Positions 29,083 through 34,295 of a stretch of DNA of 34,295 bases are shown here, one piece after another (within the stretch, counting starts at the first letter, position 1; every line of letters starts with the position of its first letter). The notes under the pieces were generated by a model. That model was given only the letters and a program-made list of their open reading frames with translations. It did no database searches and was not told the DNA's origin. The translations under genes were made by a program, and so were the position numbers. Source of the stretch: an uncultured Candidatus Nitrosopelagicus sp. (GTDB taxonomy: Archaea; Thermoproteota; Nitrososphaeria; Nitrososphaerales; Nitrosopumilaceae); the NCBI GenBank assembly GCA_964564665.1, contig CAZMBA010000016.1, positions 1 to 34,295 of the forward strand, in the 5' to 3' direction.

Positions 29083-29853
29083 TTGATTGCAAACTATGTA
29101 ACAAGTTTAATCAATAGAGACTCACTTGTTCAAAAATTATACACTGATCTTCGTCAAGGTAAAATTCCTGCAATAGTCATTCCAAATTTTCTTGACTCTG
29201 CAAAATGTCAAAAAATAGCAAATCGAGTTCTTAATAGTGAAACATCCCCAGGATGTGGACTCACAGAAAAAATTGGCGAATCAATTAATTCCTATGTTTC
29301 AAATAAACTTGAATATTTTAAAAATGCAAAAGTGTCAAATAGACATCTTAATCAAATTTTTTTAAATAACGATCCACGAGAAACTATGTTAAAAGAGATT
29401 TCAAAATTAACGAAGAAAAAAATTCAATTTGCAAAAGAAAGCTCGGTATCATATTCACAAGGAATTATCAGATGCCACACAGTTGGTGATACAGTTCACA
29501 TACATAGGGATAACGCAAGTTTTGACGCTCCAGAATTTTCAGTATCAAAACTCTCTGATCAGATGTCAGCTGTAGTACATTTACAGACTTGTGAATCAGG
29601 AGGAGAGCTGGTAATTTATGATAAATTTTGGAATACTAACGACGAAAGGTTTCGTAATCCAGAGTTTGGTTATGCAGACGATATAGTTAATCGTGTCCAT
29701 ATGTCAAAAATAGTCGCTAGGCAGGGTGATCTTGTGATAATTAATTCCAACAAATATCATTCAGTCAACATAATCAAGGGAAAAATAAAGCGAATCACCT
29801 TGGGATTTTTCTTTGGCCATGAACCAGAATCAAATTTTTACGCTTGGTCTTAG
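29083..29853 (+). CDS. 2OG-Fe(II) oxygenase
   Basis: HRD...GGELVIY...GDLVIINSNKYHSV...RITLG (HxD...H...R). Confidence 0.85.
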   Translation: MIANYVTSLINRDSLVQKLYTDLRQGKIPAIVIPNFLDSAKCQKIANRVLNSETSPGCGLTEKIGESINSYVSNKLEYFKNAKVSNRHLNQIFLNNDPRETMLKEISKLTKKKIQFAKESSVSYSQGIIRCHTVGDTVHIHRDNASFDAPEFSVSKLSDQMSAVVHLQTCESGGELVIYDKFWNTNDERFRNPEFGYADDIVNRVHMSKIVARQGDLVIINSNKYHSVNIIKGKIKRITLGFFFGHEPESNFYAWS

Positions 29854-30183
29854 TTACTTGAAAAATATTTCGATTGTATCAAGCATGGTATATGATTTTG
29901 AAATTTCATCACAAATTGGTAATGAATCAATTTCTAATGATGATGATTTACCATCCAATTTTAGGTGATCTTCAGCATAAACCCCATTCATACCTGAAAC
30001 TCTAACCAGAACATTCTGATGTTTTACCCCAATGACATCAAATGGAATCCTAATAACACGTTTATCTACATTTGGTTGAAGACTAAACGGAAATTTTTTT
30101 CCATGGAATTCAATCTCACCATCAAAATGGGTCTTTTGAAAATCAATAGAGATAATTTTGATCTTAAATGGTAGTTTTACCAT
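29854..30183 (-). CDS. Hypothetical protein
   Basis: 109-aa ORF with ATG start, abutting the oxygenase stop. Confidence 0.7.
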   Translation of the reverse strand: MVKLPFKIKIISIDFQKTHFDGEIEFHGKKFPFSLQPNVDKRVIRIPFDVIGVKHQNVLVRVSGMNGVYAEDHLKLDGKSSSLEIDSLPICDEISKSYTMLDTIEIFFK

Positions 30184-30231
30184 ATATTATGAACTCGTCA
30201 GAGAATATATAATCGAAGAAGTGATTAGAGA

Positions 30232-30241
30232 GTTAGCACTA
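30232..30241 (+). promoter_or_regulatory. Putative operator, site 3 (single copy)
   Basis: GTTAGCACTA in a divergent intergenic region. Confidence 0.5.
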
Positions 30242-30288
30242 TGTCATTTTACATCTTCCATTAAATGTTCAGAAGGGTAAACTATATT

Positions 30289-31002
30289 ATGAAATATACA
30301 ATTTTTGTGATACTATTATGCATAGTAGTGATATTTCCAAATCAAGCTTTTGCACACAAATTAATACCAACAGATGGTTCAAATACTGAAATAGACTCGG
30401 CACTAATAATACCGGATCCTGTTGTATCATGGGCAATGTATGAGGAATTAAACAATAATCCTCTATACTATACATTTGATGCAAAGAAAGGCGAAAAGCT
30501 ATACGCAAGTATTGTGATACCGAAACTTGATGGATTGGAAAATTTTACACCATCGCTAGTCTTCATTGCTCCAACATTTTCACTTGATCTAATTTCAGAA
30601 TTAGAGATTAAAGATATGGAAAAATCATTTATCTATTCTATACCAAATGGATATACGGCTGTTGTTTTTGATTATGATCAAGTTTTACCGTCAAAAGAAT
30701 TCTATGAACCATTTGGACAAATTACCTACTGGGAAAGGCAAGAAATTAATTTAATCATTCCAGTTGATGCAACATATTATTTGGCAGTTTATGATGCAAA
30801 TGGAAATTACGGTAAATTGGCACTTGCAGTAGGTTATATTGAAGATTTCTCGGCGTCAGATTTTTTGACCGTTTTACCTTCAGCATGGTTTGAATCAAGA
30901 TACTTTGTTGAAGATTATAGTACACCAATCCTAAGCATCATTGTAGTTATAGGAATAATTGGTGGTTTATCATTCCTAGTGTACAGAAGGGTAAAAAAAT
31001 AG
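30289..31002 (+). CDS. Surface protein with signal peptide and C-terminal TM anchor
   Basis: MKYTIFVILL...AFA/HKLIP; C-terminal hydrophobic helix + RRVKK. Confidence 0.78.
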   Translation: MKYTIFVILLCIVVIFPNQAFAHKLIPTDGSNTEIDSALIIPDPVVSWAMYEELNNNPLYYTFDAKKGEKLYASIVIPKLDGLENFTPSLVFIAPTFSLDLISELEIKDMEKSFIYSIPNGYTAVVFDYDQVLPSKEFYEPFGQITYWERQEINLIIPVDATYYLAVYDANGNYGKLALAVGYIEDFSASDFLTVLPSAWFESRYFVEDYSTPILSIIVVIGIIGGLSFLVYRRVKK

Positions 31003-31005
31003 CAA

Positions 31006-31037
31006 GTTAGCACTAGTTATACTTATTAGGCACTATC
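31006..31037 (+). promoter_or_regulatory. Putative operator, site 4 (autoregulatory)
   Basis: GTTAGCACTAGT-N9-TAGGCACTATC flanking TTATACTT, 15 nt before the GTG start at 31053. Confidence 0.65.
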
Positions 31038-31052
31038 ACGTTTACTAAAAAC

Positions 31053-31907
31053 GTGGTTTATCTAAGGAAAAAGAAAGTTAAAGGCGTGGATTATCTCTAT
31101 CTTGTAAGAAGTGTTTGGGATAAGAAGAGACAAACGTCACGGCAAGTTACAGTAAAATATCTCGGCGAGTCGAATGCTGTTACTCGTGATGACATACCTA
31201 CAGAATTTCGTGATGATCCAAAAATTAATGCATTTTTGCTAGAAAATACACCCAAGGATAGAAAACGCAGGGAAGAAATCATTAGCCGACTCCGCTCTAG
31301 ACTTTTCTCTTCATTTACAGAAGGCAATCTGAAGGACTCTATCTATGTTTATGAATCATTTGTTACTCAAACTTCTATCGAGCAGTTTTATGAGAAAATT
31401 TTGACTCCTATAATGGAAAAGGTAGGTGCCATGTGGGCAGACGGACGTCTTTCTATTGCAACGGAACACATAGCAAGTAATACTGCTCAAAGTCTGATAA
31501 AAATTATAACTGAAAATCATAAAAAAAGAACTTTAGATAAAGGCAAAATTATAGTTACTACACCTGTAGGTGAGGAGCATTGCATACCCTGTAATTTAAT
31601 TGAGTCACTTTTACTTTCAAAGGGGTTTACTACATTCAACCTTTCCCCATCAACACCTGCTGACTCGCTTATTGAATTTATTAAAACCATACACCCTACA
31701 GCTGTACTCATCTCAATAACTCTAAATGATAACATCAAGGCCGGACAAAGATTGGCTAAAAAAATTAATGAGCACTATAAAAAATTACCAGTTTATGTTG
31801 GTGGACAGGCTTTGAGTGACTCAAAATCAAAATTTCAAGCAACAATAATTTCACATGAGAATACACTAGAACAAATTCCAAAAATCCTAACTCAAAGAAA
31901 GAAATAA
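31053..31907 (+). CDS. Cobalamin-binding regulator, CarH/LitR-like sensor with non-MerR N-terminal basic domain
   Basis: W-ADGRLSIAT-EH in the helical cap; EEHCIP-x41-SIT-x26-GG B12 Rossmann motif; N-terminus YLRKKKVKGVDYLYLVRSVWDKKRQTSRQVTVKYLG. Confidence 0.85.
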   Translation: MVYLRKKKVKGVDYLYLVRSVWDKKRQTSRQVTVKYLGESNAVTRDDIPTEFRDDPKINAFLLENTPKDRKRREEIISRLRSRLFSSFTEGNLKDSIYVYESFVTQTSIEQFYEKILTPIMEKVGAMWADGRLSIATEHIASNTAQSLIKIITENHKKRTLDKGKIIVTTPVGEEHCIPCNLIESLLLSKGFTTFNLSPSTPADSLIEFIKTIHPTAVLISITLNDNIKAGQRLAKKINEHYKKLPVYVGGQALSDSKSKFQATIISHENTLEQIPKILTQRKK

Positions 31908-31933
31908 CAGCATGGTATTGAATAGAACTTACA

Positions 31934-32407
31934 GTGAATAAAATTAACATGTTGTTAGAGCAGGCCTCAGAGCTTGTATCACTTGAGGAATTTGATGAGG
32001 CATTTCATATATATAATAAAATTTTAAGGGATGATCCAAAAAACATTAACGCATTAATCGATAAGGGAGTAACTTTACAACGGGTTGGAAAAAACATCCA
32101 ATCGATTAAATATTTTGACAAAGCGTTAAAGATCAAACCTAAAAATATAGACGGTTTGATCGGCAAAGGTTCTGCATTGCATGCATTAGGAAAATTTTCA
32201 AACGCAATAGCATGTTATAATACAGCATTAGAAATTGATTCGAAGTTTCCTGTTGCTCTAGCCTACAAGGGATTATCGCTAGGTGAACAAGGAAAAATCA
32301 AAGATGCATTAAAGTATTTTAAAATGGCATTGGCTATTGACAAGGAATATGATCTGGCTCAGATTAGTAAGAAAAAGGCATTAGAATTACTAAAATCTAA
32401 AAAATAG
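31934..32407 (+). CDS. TPR-repeat protein
   Basis: ALIDKG, GLIGKG, ALAYKG repeats. Confidence 0.85.
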   Translation: MNKINMLLEQASELVSLEEFDEAFHIYNKILRDDPKNINALIDKGVTLQRVGKNIQSIKYFDKALKIKPKNIDGLIGKGSALHALGKFSNAIACYNTALEIDSKFPVALAYKGLSLGEQGKIKDALKYFKMALAIDKEYDLAQISKKKALELLKSKK

Positions 32408-32570
32408 ATACGTCACCAGGTGCAGGTTCTCGTTTTTGGTCTTTTTCATGAAATTCAAAAAAATCCTTATGAACAGCCTCTTGATGTTTCTTCAACTCTT
32501 CATAGTTTTTTAACATGATATGGCAAAGAAAACATTTTGGCTTATCCTCATCAGCTAATGGTAATACCAT
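32397..32570 (-). CDS. Small C2H2 zinc-finger protein
   Basis: KCFLCHIMLKNYEELKKHQEAVH (C-x2-C-x12-H-x4-H). Confidence 0.8.
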   Translation of the reverse strand: MVLPLADEDKPKCFLCHIMLKNYEELKKHQEAVHKDFFEFHEKDQKREPAPGDVSIF

Positions 32571-32620
32571 GAACACTGTATATTGCATTGATTTATAATT
32601 TATTCAGTTCAATTCATGTT

Positions 32621-33721
32621 ATGCTTGATAGACTGTTAGGTCAATCTACAGCAATTGACAATGTAATCTCTGGTAAGGAGTTATCATTTGACGACGGTAT
32701 GGAATTAATGAATGATGACAATTTGCATGTTTTGTGTGCAGTTGCATATCTTGTTAGGCAAAAAACTGTCGGTGATAATGTGACATTTGCTTCATCATAC
32801 TACATGAATTACACTAACTTATGCGCAGCCAGTTGTCAAATGTGTGCATTCTATAGAAAGGGAGATGAGGATGACGCATATACTTTAACACCAGAACAAA
32901 TCGAAAAACGTGTTGCAACAGCAAAAGAATTAGGAGCTACAGAGGTTCATATTGTAGGCGGGTTTCATCCAGATTTAAAATTAGATTATTACGAGCAGAT
33001 GATGTCAACTATTAAAAAACATCATCCAGAACTAACAATCAAAGCTTTTACCGCCGCTGAGATTTTTTATCTATCAAAGTTAACAAAAAACTCTATCAAG
33101 GAAATACTTACGCGTCTTAAAGAATCTGGATTGGATACAATGCCTGGAGGTGGAGCTGAATTGTTTCATCCAGATATACGAGATAAGATAGTTCGTGGAA
33201 AGTGCACCGGTAAGGAATGGTTAGACACAATTGAACAGGCGCATAATTTAGGTATCAAAAGCAATGCGACAATGCTTTACGGTCATATAGAAAAACCCGA
33301 GCATGTAATTGATCATCTCATAAAGATCCGTGAAGTACAAAAAAGAACAAATGGCTTTCTCACATTCATTCCACTAAAATTTAGTCTGGATAACACTGAA
33401 CTTGAGAAAGAGCACGAAGTAGTACACGAGTGTTCATCAATCTATGACCTTAAGGTCATTGCACTATCACGCTTAATGCTTGCCAATGTTCTGAATAACA
33501 TCTCAGTTTATTGGGTTGCTTATGGTCAAAAATTAGCACAGGTTGCATTATCACATGGGGGAAGTGATTTAGTTGGAACTGCATTTTCTGAAGAGATTTA
33601 TCGTGCTGCCGGCAAACCTACCAATTCTTCGCTATTAGATCTAGCAAGTTTAGTAAAAGAGATTGGAAGAAGTCCAGTGCAACGTGATACATATTTTAGT
33701 ACTATTCAGAAATTTAATTAG
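32621..33721 (+). CDS. mqnE: Radical SAM protein, MqnE/CofH family (probable aminofutalosine synthase)
   Basis: NYTNLCAASCQMCAF, IKAFTAAEI, MPGGGAE, SNATMLYGHIE; TTTATAAT at 32592-32599 supports ATG 32621. Confidence 0.78.
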   Translation: MLDRLLGQSTAIDNVISGKELSFDDGMELMNDDNLHVLCAVAYLVRQKTVGDNVTFASSYYMNYTNLCAASCQMCAFYRKGDEDDAYTLTPEQIEKRVATAKELGATEVHIVGGFHPDLKLDYYEQMMSTIKKHHPELTIKAFTAAEIFYLSKLTKNSIKEILTRLKESGLDTMPGGGAELFHPDIRDKIVRGKCTGKEWLDTIEQAHNLGIKSNATMLYGHIEKPEHVIDHLIKIREVQKRTNGFLTFIPLKFSLDNTELEKEHEVVHECSSIYDLKVIALSRLMLANVLNNISVYWVAYGQKLAQVALSHGGSDLVGTAFSEEIYRAAGKPTNSSLLDLASLVKEIGRSPVQRDTYFSTIQKFN

Positions 33722-33992
33722 CCGGTTTTTTTTCGGTCCTTTTTGCACCGCCTTTCTTTTTTCTTCTTGCACCAAAACTAATCAGTATTAGTAGAAACCC
33801 AACACCAATCATGATTCCAGCAAGTGTGCTGTAATCTTGATTTTCCCTTTCTTCTATGAGGAATGCAGCAATTTCATCATCAGTCATTCCAGCTTGACCT
33901 ATTGGTGTTGTGCTTGAAAATAGAGCAGTCAATGCAAATCCAACTGCCAACAGCGCAATGCCACCAGTCAGAATTTTTTTATCAACTAACAT
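33714..33992 (-). CDS. Small two-TM membrane protein
   Basis: Two hydrophobic helices and a basic C-terminal tail. Confidence 0.75.
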   Translation of the reverse strand: MLVDKKILTGGIALLAVGFALTALFSSTTPIGQAGMTDDEIAAFLIEERENQDYSTLAGIMIGVGFLLILISFGARRKKKGGAKRTEKKPAN

Positions 33993-34077
33993 ACTTATTT
34001 TATAGACACACCATATTTATGAAAAGCTAAATTTTAGCAAGATTAATCTAGAAGGCGCTTCATTTTTCATACTTACA

Positions 34078-34295
34078 ATGATAGAAAATTTATGGCTTAT
34101 TCCATTAGGATTTGCAGCAGGTGTCTTAGGTTCAATTATTGGACTTGGCGGTGGGATAATTGCAGTGCCTGTAATGACTTTTGCAGGATTTCCACCAACA
34201 CTAGCTGCAAGCAATAGCTTATTTGCAGCATTTAGTAATGCAGTTGCTTCTACTGCTACATACGCAAAACAAAAAAGAATTGAGTATGGAATTGG
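34078..34295 (+). CDS. Sulfite exporter TauE/SafE family (3' truncated by window edge)
   Basis: MIENLWLIPLGFAAGVLGSIIGLGGGIIAVP...AASNSL. Confidence 0.85.
   Translation, partial: MIENLWLIPLGFAAGVLGSIIGLGGGIIAVPVMTFAGFPPTLAASNSLFAAFSNAVASTATYAKQKRIEYGI

Noticed and set aside
29083-29853. 2OG oxygenase as prolyl hydroxylase for the collagen-like protein
   Set aside because: About 26 kb apart with no linking evidence; prokaryotic collagens generally do not need hydroxyproline
25593-31017. TTAGCACT resembles the CIRCE (HrcA) half-site
   Set aside because: No inverted GAGTGCTAA partner 9 nt away, copies are direct repeats, and no chaperone genes follow
25593-31037. CRISPR or MITE explanation for the repeated motif
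   Set aside because: Repeats are 12 bp or shorter, kilobases apart, with no spacers, cas genes or element ends
31053-31907. IS1634-type mobile element
   Set aside because: Only the short N-terminal segment is similar; no DDE domain, terminal inverted repeats or target duplication seen
34017-34214. 65-aa minus-strand ORF
   Set aside because: Antisense shadow of the TauE/SafE gene

Overview
AT-rich, gene-dense archaeal chromosome segment. PEFG-CTERM, 'PxWxKNNAGWW' repeat proteins, archaeal EF-2/AspRS/ArgRS, and TATA boxes about 22-30 nt upstream of apparently leaderless starts point to a marine ammonia-oxidising thaumarchaeote (Nitrosopumilaceae-like; inferred). The first 24 kb is mostly housekeeping, repair and hypothetical genes: rhodaneses, TPR proteins, a collagen-like protein with 88 Gly-X-Y triplets, family-4 UDG with a Zn-ribbon tail, a PIN-less PINA-type ATPase, a DtxR-family regulator, aspS, MPG, a DRG GTPase, argS, an SNF2 helicase and fusA. 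The best candidate for an undescribed system lies at about 24.7-31.9 kb. A cobalamin-binding protein carries the CarH photoreceptor signature (W-x9-EH; E-x-H-x2-P-x41-S-x-T-x26-GG), but its N-terminus is a non-MerR, IS1634-transposase-like basic domain. A motif TTAGCACTA(G), usually followed by GCACTATC, occurs in four intergenic regions, one being this regulator's own promoter. The other copies lie upstream of a Zn-finger/FAD oxidoreductase pair, an SRPBCC protein, a secreted protein/2OG-Fe(II) oxygenase unit and a surface protein. Together these suggest a B12-dependent, possibly light-responsive regulon. No tRNA, rRNA, CRISPR or intact mobile element was recognised. All family calls come from motif recognition by eye, not from database searches.
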